NCBI RefSeq assembly: GCF_027921745.1
Contig: NC_079238.1
Coordinates: 434,001 to 498,000, forward strand
Direction: 5' to 3'
DNA length: 64,000 nt
Origin: Schizosaccharomyces osmophilus
Lineage: Eukaryota
Position numbers and translations under genes: made by a program
Part shown: piece by piece, positions 44,401 to 55,997 of the stretch
Numbering within the stretch: position 1 is the stretch's first letter
Layout of the letters: each line of letters opens with the position of its first letter
The notes under the pieces: model-generated
Told to the model about the DNA's origin: nothing
Database searches by the model: none
The model's input: the letters and a program-made list of their open reading frames with translations, nothing else

Positions 44401-45069
44401 CTTGTTCAATTGCACAAAATTTTGGCATTGAATTGTTTGATTACTGCTTACTCTCTTTCCGTTTTGCACTTGGATGGCATTAAATTCGGTGATACTCAGT
44501 ATACCATCTCCGGTATGCTTATGTCTGTTTGTTTTTACTGCGTTTCACGGGCGAAGCCTATGGAGACTCTTTCAAAAGAGAGACCTCAACACCGTATATT
44601 CAACACGTACATTATTGGATCTGTATTGGCACAATTTATTGTCCATGTTATTACACTGATTTATATTACAAGGTGTGTGTATGTTTATGAGAATCCTTTG
44701 GATAAAGTTGATTTGGAAGAAAGCTTCAGTCCTTCGTTGCTTAACAGTGCAATTTACCTTCTGCAGTTGATTCAACAAGTTTCCACCTTTGCAATCAACT
44801 ATCAAGGACGTCCTTTCCGAGAAGCTTTAAGTGAAAACAAAGGCATGTATTATGGACTTTTGGGAACTGCATTTGTTGCTATAGCTGGTGTTACAGAGTT
44901 TATACCCGAACTCAATTCCAAATTGCAACTTGTAAAACTTCCTTTCAATTTCCAAATGCAATTACTGTATACTATGGTACTTGACTATGGAGCCTGCTGG
45001 GTCATTGAAGAAGTTATGAAGAAATACTTCCGTGACAACAAGCCTAAAGATATTGTTTTGCGAGATTAA
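41434..45069 (+). CDS. cta4: P5A-type ATPase Cta4/Spf1
   Basis: LSGES, PSELPMEL, DKTGTLT, KGAPE, TGDN and GDGTNDVGALK motifs. Confidence 0.96.
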   Translation: MGDSSLVSSPDIKSGQLYIKLPTLCHLYIWPFALFVYPYIAYVYKNHLFSDEVRYLTYIASGTLNVLVWLIGEWNTHMYCLLTCRKSNSIDDATHIMVVPSKSGDSSSVEPIEKTVLPDGQRVQYSFVFQKKRYLFKDENKHFTNVTFPMDSSLTISDFKNSSGLNSAQEDMYKCHYGRNVFDIPIPSFTTLFKEHAVAPFFVFQIFCCVLWCLDEYWKFSLFSMFMIVALECSVVWQRQRTLVEFRTMSIQTYDVQVYRNKKWMPVLTEDLLPNDIVSIVHTKEDLGLPCDLLLISGTCVVNEAMLSGESTPLVKESIELRPEEAVVDFGDIDRNAVLNGGTRILQVTPSPFSKIKTPDGGVPAIVLRTGFETSQGSLVRTMVFSSEKVTENNWEKLYFILFLMVFAIAASAYVWHIGSQTDRSRYKLMLDCIMIITSVVPSELPMELSLAVNASLAALSKYYIYCTEPFRIPVAGHVDICCFDKTGTLTEEHMVVQGISGLNKEDPSRLETLNSIPIETELAIATAHTLVLLEQEGEPAKTVGDPMEKATVEALGWSVSKNNVVIPPESSVFHKGKVQITRNFQFSSALKRQSSVSNVRVAGGNQRTFVSVKGAPEVIATMLKNVPKDYEKIYKEYGRKGSRVLALACKHFKNFVSESKVTDLTREEIESSLEFAGFLVFSSPLKDDAKGTIQMLNNSSHRCMMITGDNPLTAVYVAEQVGIVEKPTLVLDANETSKGSMEWKSTDDTVTLPMDCTKKLDASLYKMYDLCVTGRALSEIEDPAVLLSVLTHAWVYARVSPAQKELMIATLKDSGYVTLMCGDGTNDVGALKQSHVGIALLNASEEDMLQMQERARMNNLMSVYEKQINLSKRFNLPPPPVPPALCHAFPAGPNNPHREKTQENLTKYLDDLKVKKEGDTGLTETERSAEKRANLANKMFDTMAEASDDDAPKIKLGDASVAAPITSKLAVTNSVINIVRQGRCTLVALVQLHKILALNCLITAYSLSVLHLDGIKFGDTQYTISGMLMSVCFYCVSRAKPMETLSKERPQHRIFNTYIIGSVLAQFIVHVITLIYITRCVYVYENPLDKVDLEESFSPSLLNSAIYLLQLIQQVSTFAINYQGRPFREALSENKGMYYGLLGTAFVAIAGVTEFIPELNSKLQLVKLPFNFQMQLLYTMVLDYGACWVIEEVMKKYFRDNKPKDIVLRD

Positions 45070-45743
45070 ACAACACAAGAATAAGGCTACTGCTTGATCG
45101 TCCATGGAGCATGTATAAAAAGACTATTAAAAGAAGATAAATCTATTCCCAGGAATGCATGGCTTTCATGTTTCATTACTTGAGAACAAATTATTACATC
45201 TTTACGATTACATTAGAAGCTTGTTTGCTTTATTTCTACTGCATTTCATTTATATACCAGTAATATTCATGAAAAGATTTTATGCTTCTATACTAATAAT
45301 AAAAATAGACCTTTCATTTGATCTCTTTGAAGTAGAGCATGATTTTCATTGTAAAACTATTCAAAGTTAAATCTGAGCAAAGCAAAAAAATCTATATCCT
45401 GTTATCGTCGAGTTTTCAATTTTTATTTCAAAAAATCATTTGGTAATATTACTCTTTATGAAAATATTATTACTTAATTCATTATCATATGGAAGTAATG
45501 GAGACAACAGCACGATTCGAGAGCATCTTCTCGAGTTCTTCAAGAAAACACTCAGAAGGGCTTGTAATTGTGATATTCATACGTGTATAGTAACTTTTAT
45601 GATTAACTTTTGATGATTGGTTTGGTGGCCCTACAGAATTGAAAGCATTATTGATCAATTTCACTGAATAAGTAACAACCCAGTAAGTAAGTGTTTCCAG
45701 GGAGTTTGCGCTTTTGAAATTAGATAAATAGATTATTGAAGAT

Positions 45744-46311
45744 ATGCCTTTCTTCCTAAAAGAGCTTTCTCTTACAATCACGTTACATCCCAGCTACTTT
45801 GGCCCTCGGATGCAGGACTACCTAAAAGCAAAGCTTTTGGCAGACGTTGAAGGAACGTGTTCTGGACAATATGGTTATATTATATGTGTACTTGACAGCA
45901 ATACTATAAATATCGACAAAGGACGCGTAGTCCCAGGTCAAGGTTATGCTGAGTTTGAGGTAAAATATCGAGCGGTTTTATGGAGACCATTCAGAGGTGA
46001 AGTGGTAGACGCCGTGGTTACCACCGTAAATAAAATGGGCTTTTTTGCCGATATTGGTCCTTTGAGTGTATTTGTGTCGTCGCATCTTGTACCTCCAGAT
46101 ATGAGATTTGATCCTGCTGCCAATCCTCCAAATTATTCTGGTGAAGATCAGGTCATTGAACGAGGATCTAACGTTCGATTAAAAATCGTCGGTACTAGAA
46201 CTGATGCTACTGAAATTGTACGTCTCTCACGATGTTTGTTGCTGTATTTATTAACCTCTTTTGTAGTTTGCGATTGCTACCATGAAAGAAGATTACTTGG
46301 GAGTCTTATAG
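45744..46311 (+). CDS. rpb7: RNA polymerase II subunit Rpb7 (intron 46218-46266)
   Basis: [43 protein letters not shown]. Confidence 0.96.
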
Positions 46312-46828
46312 ACGTTATAAAACCTTTTTTTAAAATATTATAGGCTCCTTTATGTGATAGCCAAGAAAAAAACAAAGGCCGCATCTCTTTTTTCTTTTTT
46401 TTTTTTTTTTTTTTTTGGAAACAGCTGCGAAACGTGACATATCTTATCCTGTATATATCCTTGAAAGTACCGAATTCAGTCTTTTAGCTTATAGCTCACT
46501 GTGTCTTTCTCAATATTTTTCTTCATCTCTGTATGCTTATACTTTTATGGATTCATATATTTGTCAGTTCACTATTCAAATCTTAATCTGTTTAACATCT
46601 GCTAATTTGATCCGTATGTGGAATCGCTTCCAAGTGATTCCTTATTATCTGGCATCCATCAAGTTATATTTTTACTGATAATGATAATATTGAGTTCAAG
46701 TCAAGTTATGTATAGTAGCTTTCTGGTGCAGCAATCAAAAAAAAAAAAAAAAGAGAAAAATTAAGCTAAAATAGTTAGATATAAGCAAAGCTATCATATC
46801 TCAGTATGTTGCAGATTAAATAAAGATA

Positions 46829-49800
46829 TTACTTGTCTTTCTTAAGGCCACGGGAGAATCCTTTGCGCATTTTGTTAGTTAAATTGGCGACAGATGTAAC
46901 TCCGTCAACTGCAGCATTGATTCCACCAAAAGCAGCTTCTCCAAGAGAAGATATACCCTCTAATGGCATAGCCATTAATTGAGCTGTTTGTCCCAATAAA
47001 TCCTCAGCGAAAGAAGAGTTGCCTGCACGTTTGGAACGTAAGACCCATCGAGGTTCAAGGTGAATTCTCAAGTTTAAGGTTCCTTGATTACTGTCAAGAG
47101 GCAACTCAAAGCTAGTATATTCATGTTGCTGAAGCTTATACAAATCAATAACACAGCTTCCTAAAGGATCATTTTGGTTTCCAAAGTCACTATCAAAAAC
47201 TCTAGCAACAAATTTACTTGTTTGTTTGCAGGGAAGCTCAACCTCAAATCCTTCATTGAAAACAGGATTAAGGTTTTTCTTAATAATCTTCGTACGGAAC
47301 ACTTCCTCGTCTTGGAGCTCAAATATAACAAAAGGATCGGACTTTCCATTGGAATCAGCGCTAGCGAGATCGGTAGCATTAAGTACGTCTACCGTCATTT
47401 TACCCATATTTTCATACTTTTCCTTTTCGTCCAATTTTAAAACCACCGGTGTAAACCGGAAAGCTATTAAGAACGAACCACCTTTGTCAAAACTTAATCT
47501 GAAAAGCTTGGAAGAACCCTCGGTTATCAACTTTTTGGTAGAACAAATTTGAGAGCTGACAACCTTTGTACCGTCTAAAAGTTTGAAAGAGCATTGGGAA
47601 AATTGAAGCTGTCTGATAAATGTGCGACCAAATTCATGGATACCATTGCCATTGGGACCATTAAGAACAGGGGACATATAAACGTGGTGAGGAAGATCAT
47701 CAAGGAAAATTGCCAGTTTGTATTTACCTGAGAGCTGGCTTGAAATTACATCCCAAGACATAAAGCCAGACTCATACTTTAGACATTCGTTGGTGACTTC
47801 AGGAGGCGATAAAAGTTGAGAAGGCAGGGTAGGTTGTTTCTTTGCAAGAGAATCCTTTTCAGCCTCAGGTTGAACGCCCGAAGTTTCTTCGCCAGCATCG
47901 ACTGCAGGTGGGGTTATGACTGATGAAGGTTCTTTAGGTGCTAATCCGGGAACAGAAGCCAAAGGATAAAAGTCATATCGATATTTAATGGTGGATTTGC
48001 CTTGTACACCGCGTGACGAAATCAAATTATTGGTAAGCTCACTAGGTTCATGGTATTCAAGGAATGTACCGTTTTCACTTTGGTGAACGAATTTGGACAC
48101 GGGAACAGAGAGGGTACCAATAACGGTATCATCACCATGGGATTCATATTGCATAACTTGAAGCTGACAAGTGTCATGCTTCGTCATGACGGGAACATAA
48201 ACATGTTCATCCCAGGAAGGATTCAAGCTATCCTTTATTACCACTGTTCGACCTTGTTCCATGCTGTATGAAAGAGCACGGACATAAGCATCGCACTTTT
48301 TACCGGGGAGTTTCGAATGCAAACTACTGCATGAATTAATGTGAATACGCATAACACCAATAGGAACAGCAACAGCAAGGGAACCAGGGTCACCAACAGA
48401 CAATTCGACAGGCTTCCATGTGGCTGATAATCGAACTCGTCCACCAGTAGCGGTTGGGAACTGGAACCAGCCTAAGCCCTTCTGAGTAGCAGTTACCAAT
48501 TCTTGAAGACTCATATTAACAGTACCAGCAGGACGACTGTTTTCGTCGGTAAATACCTGAATACCAACCATCCCCTTTTCACCCTTAGGAACAACGGTAC
48601 CGCAGAACTCTTCCCATGAAGGGTTGTTATTTTTCTTAATTTTGCGAGTAGTATGCATAATTTTATCATTAATGACTAAATTGGCATATGCAGTGTGACG
48701 CTTTGAAGGGTCCTTACTTAGATCCTTACATTGATGAGCAGTGAATTGCACAATACCAGGTCCTTCAATTTTTGCAGAATCTTCTTCTCCGACATCAATC
48801 GTGGGATAGAACTTGGAATCAAAGATTAATGTTCCTCGCTCTTTATTACTCAAAGTGATAGGAGCTTTAACATCATTAAAAGCAGGCATGGCTTCCAAAA
48901 CTGAAAGAGCAACTGTAGCAGTACCAATCAATTTATCCTTGCGAAGGTCGTTAAAGTCGTAAACTTCAAGAATTAAGTTCTCAGCAAATGAGTTGATAAT
49001 AGCATAAAACGTTTCATTAAAAGTCGGGGAAGTAGTGTTCTGAACAGTTTTAGAGATGCCAATTTTCTTTCCAAAGGAGTTTTTAATTACAACATATGGA
49101 TCAATGGAACCGAGAACATCACCCTTTAGTGATTCACATCGCCTTAGACGAATTTCAACAGCACCAATGGCAACTTTGAGATTAGAAGAACCTACCATTG
49201 ACTGAATATCCAATTCGAATACATTAGGACTATACATCATGGGTCCTAAATTATCGTGAACTTGATCGTTGATAAAAGAAGTGAGTCCTGGAATATTGTT
49301 GATGTCAAATCCTAGCTTATCACCTCCAATAGGTTTAAGTACATAAGAGAAAGCAGGCTTCTCTACGAAGGTAATTCCCACAGTCTTTGCATGAGGAAAT
49401 TCATCAATAAGTTTAACCTTTACGCGAAGATGTCCAGAAAAAGAGATATTTTCGACGAGAACAGGCATTTTTGCACTAGCAACACTCTTACCAATTTTTA
49501 TATCCAAAGCGATTTTTGGATTGACTCGGGAAGCAATTTCACGGCCAGTTAAATCACTCAAATCCTCAGGAACGAATGAAACCTTCCAATCCATCATTAT
49601 TACATCTTCTTCAGTCTTTGGGTAGGAGCGAACGTACTCAATACGAGGAGATTTTGTACCAAGAGTAAAAGTCGATAAAACCATTGAATCAAGGAAATTA
49701 GGGACGTTTTCGGACAAAACTTGATCGGCAATTTCAATGACTGTACTGCTCAAAGTAGGCTCAAAAATGTACCAGAATTGTTGCAAGAAAGCATTTAACC

Positions 49801-50455
49801 ATGATACACTCTCTGGGTTACTTTCCAATCTTCGTACAGCAAGATATCTGGTGTAATCATCACGAAAGCTCATACGTACACGACGAGTACTAATCCTATG
49901 ATACTGAATGCAAATAGTCATAACAACGAATAGACTTAAAAACCCAAATCGAAGATAGCCGAATAAAAACGATAAAAAACCAGTCAAAAAAACCAAGCGT
50001 GAATCAGAAGAATATTGAATAAAGATTTCTTTCCACCTTAATCCAAGATCAATTTGCTCTGATTTCAACCCAGGGATATACTTCTTGCAAAAACTGACAA
50101 GGCGGTCATTTTTTTCTAACAATAAGTCCCTGTCGTACTTGCTTTTCGCTATTCCATCCTTCACCGGCTTTGTGGCTTGAAGCTCTTCTTTAGCGTTCTC
50201 ATCAGATACCGGAGCTTTCATGGACTCAGGCACTTTTAGAGATTCATTCGCTCCATCAGTACCTTGTACATGAACTTCCTTAATCCCTTCACTTTGCGAA
50301 TTCATATTAGAGTGTTCGGGTTCAGTAGATGGTTGCTTTTCGACAGAAACGTTCGTTTTCCCTCCGGCACCACTAGAAGGAACGCTCATCGTTTGAGACT
50401 CAGTAGTTTTATTAATCTGAGACTCATTTTCTCGTGAGTCTGCTTGGGAGCTCAT
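46829..50455 (-). CDS. Tricalbin / extended synaptotagmin (TM + SMP + multiple C2 domains)
   Basis: N-terminal hairpin TM, ESVSWLNAFL..FTLGTKSPRI SMP domain and C2 motifs (DPYVVI, ADSNGKSDPFV). Confidence 0.92.
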   Translation of the reverse strand: MSSQADSRENESQINKTTESQTMSVPSSGAGGKTNVSVEKQPSTEPEHSNMNSQSEGIKEVHVQGTDGANESLKVPESMKAPVSDENAKEELQATKPVKDGIAKSKYDRDLLLEKNDRLVSFCKKYIPGLKSEQIDLGLRWKEIFIQYSSDSRLVFLTGFLSFLFGYLRFGFLSLFVVMTICIQYHRISTRRVRMSFRDDYTRYLAVRRLESNPESVSWLNAFLQQFWYIFEPTLSSTVIEIADQVLSENVPNFLDSMVLSTFTLGTKSPRIEYVRSYPKTEEDVIMMDWKVSFVPEDLSDLTGREIASRVNPKIALDIKIGKSVASAKMPVLVENISFSGHLRVKVKLIDEFPHAKTVGITFVEKPAFSYVLKPIGGDKLGFDINNIPGLTSFINDQVHDNLGPMMYSPNVFELDIQSMVGSSNLKVAIGAVEIRLRRCESLKGDVLGSIDPYVVIKNSFGKKIGISKTVQNTTSPTFNETFYAIINSFAENLILEVYDFNDLRKDKLIGTATVALSVLEAMPAFNDVKAPITLSNKERGTLIFDSKFYPTIDVGEEDSAKIEGPGIVQFTAHQCKDLSKDPSKRHTAYANLVINDKIMHTTRKIKKNNNPSWEEFCGTVVPKGEKGMVGIQVFTDENSRPAGTVNMSLQELVTATQKGLGWFQFPTATGGRVRLSATWKPVELSVGDPGSLAVAVPIGVMRIHINSCSSLHSKLPGKKCDAYVRALSYSMEQGRTVVIKDSLNPSWDEHVYVPVMTKHDTCQLQVMQYESHGDDTVIGTLSVPVSKFVHQSENGTFLEYHEPSELTNNLISSRGVQGKSTIKYRYDFYPLASVPGLAPKEPSSVITPPAVDAGEETSGVQPEAEKDSLAKKQPTLPSQLLSPPEVTNECLKYESGFMSWDVISSQLSGKYKLAIFLDDLPHHVYMSPVLNGPNGNGIHEFGRTFIRQLQFSQCSFKLLDGTKVVSSQICSTKKLITEGSSKLFRLSFDKGGSFLIAFRFTPVVLKLDEKEKYENMGKMTVDVLNATDLASADSNGKSDPFVIFELQDEEVFRTKIIKKNLNPVFNEGFEVELPCKQTSKFVARVFDSDFGNQNDPLGSCVIDLYKLQQHEYTSFELPLDSNQGTLNLRIHLEPRWVLRSKRAGNSSFAEDLLGQTAQLMAMPLEGISSLGEAAFGGINAAVDGVTSVANLTNKMRKGFSRGLKKDK

Positions 50456-50890
50456 TTTTACTCAGCTCCAAAAAATATGAAGACTTCACGAGATTATAAG
50501 GTAAATTTAATATCACTGAATATATTCTTTAAAAACACAAAAAAAAGGGCTTGTTTTACAAAAAATAATGGGTTAGGATAAGTAATTACCAGCTAATTAC
50601 AAAGAAACTACTAGTTGGTTCGATACAGACTGCTTTCAGCCATGCTGAGGTGCATATCCCATAGGCAAGATAGCATACCTTACAACACCATAATTTTCCA
50701 AAACATGATTACCCTTTTTCAAGTCCTTTCTTGTTTTTTAAATAACTAATTTATACCATGGCGTTTATTTTAACAGAAAGCTGCTTGAAACCTACCGCAC
50801 GTGAAAATAAATTTATGATCTACTACTGCTTTCGAAATAATTAAAATGCACAAAATTTATTCACTTAAGTTAAGCCCAAAACTAGATAAT

Positions 50891-53419
50891 TTAAAGACGA
50901 TCATAATATTCAGTATATTCAGGAACAGCTTCCTTAAGACCCTTACGCTTACGAGATTCAGTAACAATAAGACCAGGCTTGGAAGTGGGATCAGTAGGAT
51001 CACCATTCATAGGAGACCAGTGGTCAAACACCAATTGAGGGAAAGCTTGGCCACCAGTAGCTTGACGAAGCTCACCAGTGAAACCGAAGGACTCATTGAC
51101 AGGAAGGTAGGCCTTGATGTTGTACAAGGGAGTACCAACACGTTGTTCTTCAGCGAATACTTGACCACGCTTCTTGTTAAGGACAGAGTAGATACCACCC
51201 ATAGCACCTTCAGAAACTTGGATTTCAACCAAGAAAACAGGTTCTTGGATAACAGGTTGAGCCAAAAGGGTAGAAGCATAGACTACACGACGAGCAGTAG
51301 GAATGATTTGACCACCACCACGGTGAATAGCATCAGCGTGCAATACAACATCAAGAATGTTGTAGCGGCAAGAACGCAAGTTCTCTTCGAAAATGGGACC
51401 TTCCTTAGTAGCCCATTGGAAGGCAGCAACAACGGAGTCCTTGATTTCGTTCAAGTAAGAAACAGCCTTGGTTTGATCAACAACAAGGTTAGCACCAGTG
51501 GTTTCGGGACCGAAGCACCAGATCTTACGGGCATCGGTAACATCCCAGCCGTATTCGTCAGCCATGACACGAGCACGAGCCTTAAAGTCATCACGAGGGT
51601 TGATCTTACCAGTCTCAATGGCCATAGAGAGTTCTTCACTCATAGGCTCAGCGGTCATGAAAATACGGTTGTGCTTGTTGGGAGACTTGGACAAGGCAGT
51701 CAAGCTGGAAGGCTCGCCAACAGACTCACGGTAGGAGACAACAGGAGGAGAAATCTTAAGAGGAATACCAGCATGAGATTGTTGCAAGTCATTCAAGCAG
51801 ATTTCCAAGTGCAACTCACCAGCACCAGCGACAATGTGTTCACCAGATTCGGAGGTGCTGCACATGACACAAGGGTCAGACTTGGAAAGACGCTTAAGAC
51901 CCTCAACGAGCTTAGGCAAGTCATTACCGTTCTTGACTTCGACAGCGACTTGGACGACAGGAGAAACAGAGAACTTCATGACCTTCATGTTGTGAGCAAC
52001 TTCAGATGTGGTTAAGGTACCAGACTTAACCAAGAATTGGTCAATACCGACCAAACCAATAACGTTACCGGCAGGGCAGTCTTCAATGGGGTCAATCTTA
52101 GAACCCATCATCAAAACGGTACGTTGGATGGCCTTGATGAAAAGGTCTTCCTTTCTACCGGGGGTGTAGTTAGGACCTTGGATACGGACCTTCATACCGG
52201 AACGGACAGTACCAGAGAAGATACGACCAAAGGCGTAGAAACGACCACGTTCAGAGGTGGGAACCATCTTAGAAACGTAGACCATAAGAGGAGCCTTAGG
52301 ATCACAGTTGCGAATACCAAGAGCACACTCATCATCCATGGGACCTTCATACAAGGTCTCACAACGGTATTGTTGAGCCACCTTGGGAGAGGGAAGGTGA
52401 ATGACAATCATTTCCAAAAGAGCGTTAGCAGCAGGCAAGAACTTACGCATGACGACCTTCAAGAGAGCCTTACCGTCGAGTTCCTTCTCATCGGGCTTGA
52501 GGTTGACCTCGAGCTTGGTCAAGAGGGCAAAAACTTCGTCCTTACGGCCGTTCATGACGGCATCGAAGATACGGTAAATGGGGTCCAAGATGAACATGTT
52601 GAAGGCACGTTGGTTTTCATTACCATCAGCATCAACGGCAGACTTGGACCACTTCTTGGTTTTAGGGTTGAAGTAGCTTTCACCCCAGAGACGAGTCATC
52701 ATCTTGTTACGGTCAATACCGAATTTCTTGGCATAACGGTTGGCAAATTGACGAATGGTGAAAGCCCAACCGTGAAGACCGGAACCGAAAGCGACAGTAC
52801 CTTGGTCGGGGAAAACTTGGCAGTCACCAAGGACCTTGTCGTAGTAGGTAGAGATAACGACGTTGACGGATTCAACGACACGAGCAAAATTTTGATAAAG
52901 TTCTTCCTTAGAAATTTGGAGTTCAAGCAAAGCACGATCAACCTTGTTGACAACGACAACGGGCTTGATACGTTCACCCAAAGCTTGGCGAAGGACGGTT
53001 TCAGTTTGGACACAAACACCTTCGATGGTATCAACGACAACCAAAGCACCGTCAGTGACACGAAGAGCAGCAGTAACCTCTGAAGAAAAGTCAACGTGAC
53101 CAGGAGAGTCGATCAAGTTGACCAAAAAGTCAGGGTGAGTAGTGGGTTCCTTAACATCCTTTATGTCACTGTCATTCATTTCAGCAAACAAAGAAATGGC
53201 AGTAGACTTGATGGTAACACCACGCTCTTGCTCATCAGCACGGGTATCCATGAAACGAGCATCACCGGCCTTAGCAGCAGAAATAATACCGGCTTTTTGA
53301 ACCAAAGAATCAGTCAACGTAGACTTGCCGTGATCGACGTGAGCAATCACTGACATGTTACGGACGTTCGATGGCTTGTCCATCAAATTGCGGACCTCTT
53401 CAGGTGTGAACGCAACCAT
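50891..53419 (-). CDS. eft2: Translation elongation factor 2 (eEF2)
   Basis: [17 protein letters not shown] and diphthamide loop [12 protein letters not shown]; 842 aa; extreme codon bias. Confidence 0.98.
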   Translation of the reverse strand: MVAFTPEEVRNLMDKPSNVRNMSVIAHVDHGKSTLTDSLVQKAGIISAAKAGDARFMDTRADEQERGVTIKSTAISLFAEMNDSDIKDVKEPTTHPDFLVNLIDSPGHVDFSSEVTAALRVTDGALVVVDTIEGVCVQTETVLRQALGERIKPVVVVNKVDRALLELQISKEELYQNFARVVESVNVVISTYYDKVLGDCQVFPDQGTVAFGSGLHGWAFTIRQFANRYAKKFGIDRNKMMTRLWGESYFNPKTKKWSKSAVDADGNENQRAFNMFILDPIYRIFDAVMNGRKDEVFALLTKLEVNLKPDEKELDGKALLKVVMRKFLPAANALLEMIVIHLPSPKVAQQYRCETLYEGPMDDECALGIRNCDPKAPLMVYVSKMVPTSERGRFYAFGRIFSGTVRSGMKVRIQGPNYTPGRKEDLFIKAIQRTVLMMGSKIDPIEDCPAGNVIGLVGIDQFLVKSGTLTTSEVAHNMKVMKFSVSPVVQVAVEVKNGNDLPKLVEGLKRLSKSDPCVMCSTSESGEHIVAGAGELHLEICLNDLQQSHAGIPLKISPPVVSYRESVGEPSSLTALSKSPNKHNRIFMTAEPMSEELSMAIETGKINPRDDFKARARVMADEYGWDVTDARKIWCFGPETTGANLVVDQTKAVSYLNEIKDSVVAAFQWATKEGPIFEENLRSCRYNILDVVLHADAIHRGGGQIIPTARRVVYASTLLAQPVIQEPVFLVEIQVSEGAMGGIYSVLNKKRGQVFAEEQRVGTPLYNIKAYLPVNESFGFTGELRQATGGQAFPQLVFDHWSPMNGDPTDPTSKPGLIVTESRKRKGLKEAVPEYTEYYDRL

Positions 53420-54539
53420 ATTTTTTTAATGTTATTTTCTAGTCACTGGTGGAAGACAGGTTATGAGTCGCCCATTAAATTTGATATGCCACATGAGAAC
53501 CCTAACCCAAATACGCGTAATGGTATTAAATTTTCAGAGTAATGTAAATAAACCGTCAGAATGGAAAGGACCATATCTGTTTTACTTCCAGCTCTCTTTC
53601 TTGTGAAACAGTACCGGAAATTTTGGATCGAAAACCTGCGACAAAAAAGAGCCGAAATTTCTAACTTTAAAAACACTACATCATACATTTGTCTGCATGG
53701 TCCCCAGGCTTCCTTACGAAGACTTAATACCAATTCTTTCGTGCATTTAAGAGTAAGTGTTTTAATAAATTATTTCCTTTTTTTATATTTTGAATAGATG
53801 TCTCTATTTCCTTGTTTTACAAAATCGTAGTAAACTTTCATTATGATATTTGTTTACATGCGTAGACCTTTTCTTGAAATATCGTTAAATTACCAAAAGG
53901 ACGTATAAACGATTCGAATACTGTTTTCGAATCGTTTTATTTTTTTCAAATAAACTATCCATCTGCTAGCGGTAATCCACAAAGAGTGTAAAAGTTCAAA
54001 CTCTTCTCATAAGTCTTCGATTCGATGACTTTTAGTTTCAAATCTTCCATGTTTTCAGCTTGAACCAAAATCAACTTAAAAGAAATTTATTATTCAATTT
54101 AACTCTACGTTTTTCAAATAATTGTTTGTGATTATTGGGTTTATAACTAAAAATATCAAGCCATTCACAAAAAAACCGCGGCCAAAAAAAAAAGAAATAA
54201 AAGGGAATAACAAAGATCACTGTACCTTTGTGGCTTTCATTCCCTTTTGTACCAAAAACTGCTCTTCCCTGCTGTTGCGTCAAAAGCTTTTGCTGCAGAC
54301 ATTTAATACCCAAATTTTCAAAGATGTGTAAATATGCTCAATTTTAGTTTTCCGAGTCATTTTCTAATCGCGTCCCATATCCTTTCATGAAGATTCGATG
54401 TTCTCTAAAACAACATACCCAATTTTCGTAAACCTCTTTCGTTAACACTTTTTTCGGGTTTCCCCTGCTGCTGTATAAATTTTATTACTTCTCTTTTATT
54501 TTAAAAAGTTTATTACTATTAATATTCTTTTTGCTGAAA

Positions 54540-55502
54540 ATGGGTTCCAATACTCCTGTTCATCTCTCTTCTTTTCCTGGAATTCTTCATCAATATACCC
54601 CTAAACTCGTTGGTTTTGAATTCGTTAGCTCTAGTGGAAAAACGGCCTCTTCCTGCAAAGACCGTCCTTTACTTCTTTTTGTTGGTGGACTTGGCGACGG
54701 TTTAGTAACGGTTCCCTACGTTCCAAAATTGGTAGAACCTCTTGATCAACTTGGCTGGAGTGTTATTCAAGTCCACACCCAGTCGTCTTACATTGGATGG
54801 GGAACAGGAAGTCTTGTTCGTGACGACGAGGATTTACATAATGCTGTTGAATTTTTTGCTCATCTCGGCGGCGCTGACTACAACTCCAGGAAAATCGTTT
54901 TGATGGGCCATTCCACGGGTTCTCAGAATGTCCTTTATTATCTCTCTCAATCTTCTCTTGACAACCATTTAGCTGCTGCAATTGCCCAGGCTTCGGTGTC
55001 TGATCGTGAAGGTTGCTACAATACGATCGGCGTTGACAAGACACACGAATTACTTGCTTGGGTAAAAAAGGATTACATTGATAAGGGTCTTGGAGATGAT
55101 GTTTTGCCTAGAAGCAAGATTGCTCATGTAATGGGTGATACCCCTGTATCTGCAAATCGGTTCATGGATTTAGTATCTGTTCGTGGTCGCGATGACTTTT
55201 TCTCTACCGACTTGACCTCTGATGACTTTGCCAAAACATTTGGCAGTATCAAACCAATTACTGGAACTCATAATTACAGTCGTCTTGCTTTGTTTATGTC
55301 TGGGAAAGACGAATTTCTCGCAAAGGATGTCAACCGTGAAGAGGTTGTCCAGAGATTTAGACAAGCCATTCGTCCACAGACTTCTAATAGCGATTTCAGC
55401 GGGGTCATTCCTGGTGCTACTCACAACGTAGGAGAGTCATCCGAACCCGGAGCTTTGGAATGGCTTATTGAACACCTTGTCGAAGTATTAAAGCATCTCT
55501 AA
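54540..55502 (+). CDS. DUF1749-family alpha/beta hydrolase
   Basis: FVGGLGDGL..VPY, GHSTGSQ nucleophile elbow, QASVSDRE, DDFFS and IPGATH motifs. Confidence 0.85.
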   Translation: MGSNTPVHLSSFPGILHQYTPKLVGFEFVSSSGKTASSCKDRPLLLFVGGLGDGLVTVPYVPKLVEPLDQLGWSVIQVHTQSSYIGWGTGSLVRDDEDLHNAVEFFAHLGGADYNSRKIVLMGHSTGSQNVLYYLSQSSLDNHLAAAIAQASVSDREGCYNTIGVDKTHELLAWVKKDYIDKGLGDDVLPRSKIAHVMGDTPVSANRFMDLVSVRGRDDFFSTDLTSDDFAKTFGSIKPITGTHNYSRLALFMSGKDEFLAKDVNREEVVQRFRQAIRPQTSNSDFSGVIPGATHNVGESSEPGALEWLIEHLVEVLKHL

Positions 55503-55997
55503 CGTCTTTTCTAGCTGTTGTATACTTAAACGTTTAATTTAATGACATAGATCATATAAATATGGATTTTACTGAAAGTGTCATCCATGTAATGGGCTAC
55601 AATAACCAAGTACTGTTGTATAGCGTTGCTGAATCGTACTTTACTGATCGATGAATCGCAACCGAAAGCCAAGATGAAATTTCAAAAAGGTTACGCTATA
55701 TTTAGAAACAATTAATTGTAATGGTTTTCTAATTATGAAACTAAACCGTCGTTGCAAGTAGTATCTTCCAGCAGAACCAAAATCAACCTATTCTATTCAT
55801 ATTTTATTCCCAGCTAGCATACTACGATTTGAAATTCTGAAAGCAACAGTATGGAATTTAAGCAACATTGAAAAGACATGTACTGAGGAATTTCGCCACT
55901 CGAGGCTTTCCATCTCAATTTCACTGTTTGAAACATTACCAGCAATTAACAAGAACATCGACTAGTTCAACTGGATCTAGATTGAAGAATTAAACCA

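Noticed and set aside
45485..45781. 98-aa - strand ORF upstream of rpb7
   Set aside because: Overlaps the rpb7 start and promoter, non-ATG start, no motif; insufficient support.
50846..53353. Long + strand ORFs (389, 348 and 85 aa) antisense to eEF2
   Set aside because: Codon-register shadows of a highly biased gene (few TTA/CTA/TCA codons); no protein motifs.
2108..53419. dph3, nnt1 and eEF2 as a translation-modification gene cluster
   Set aside because: Separated by tens of kb of unrelated genes; consistent with ordinary ancestral synteny.
55503..55997. Remnant of the glyoxalase pseudogene recalled at the equivalent S. pombe position
   Set aside because: No recognisable ORF or motif in this spacer.
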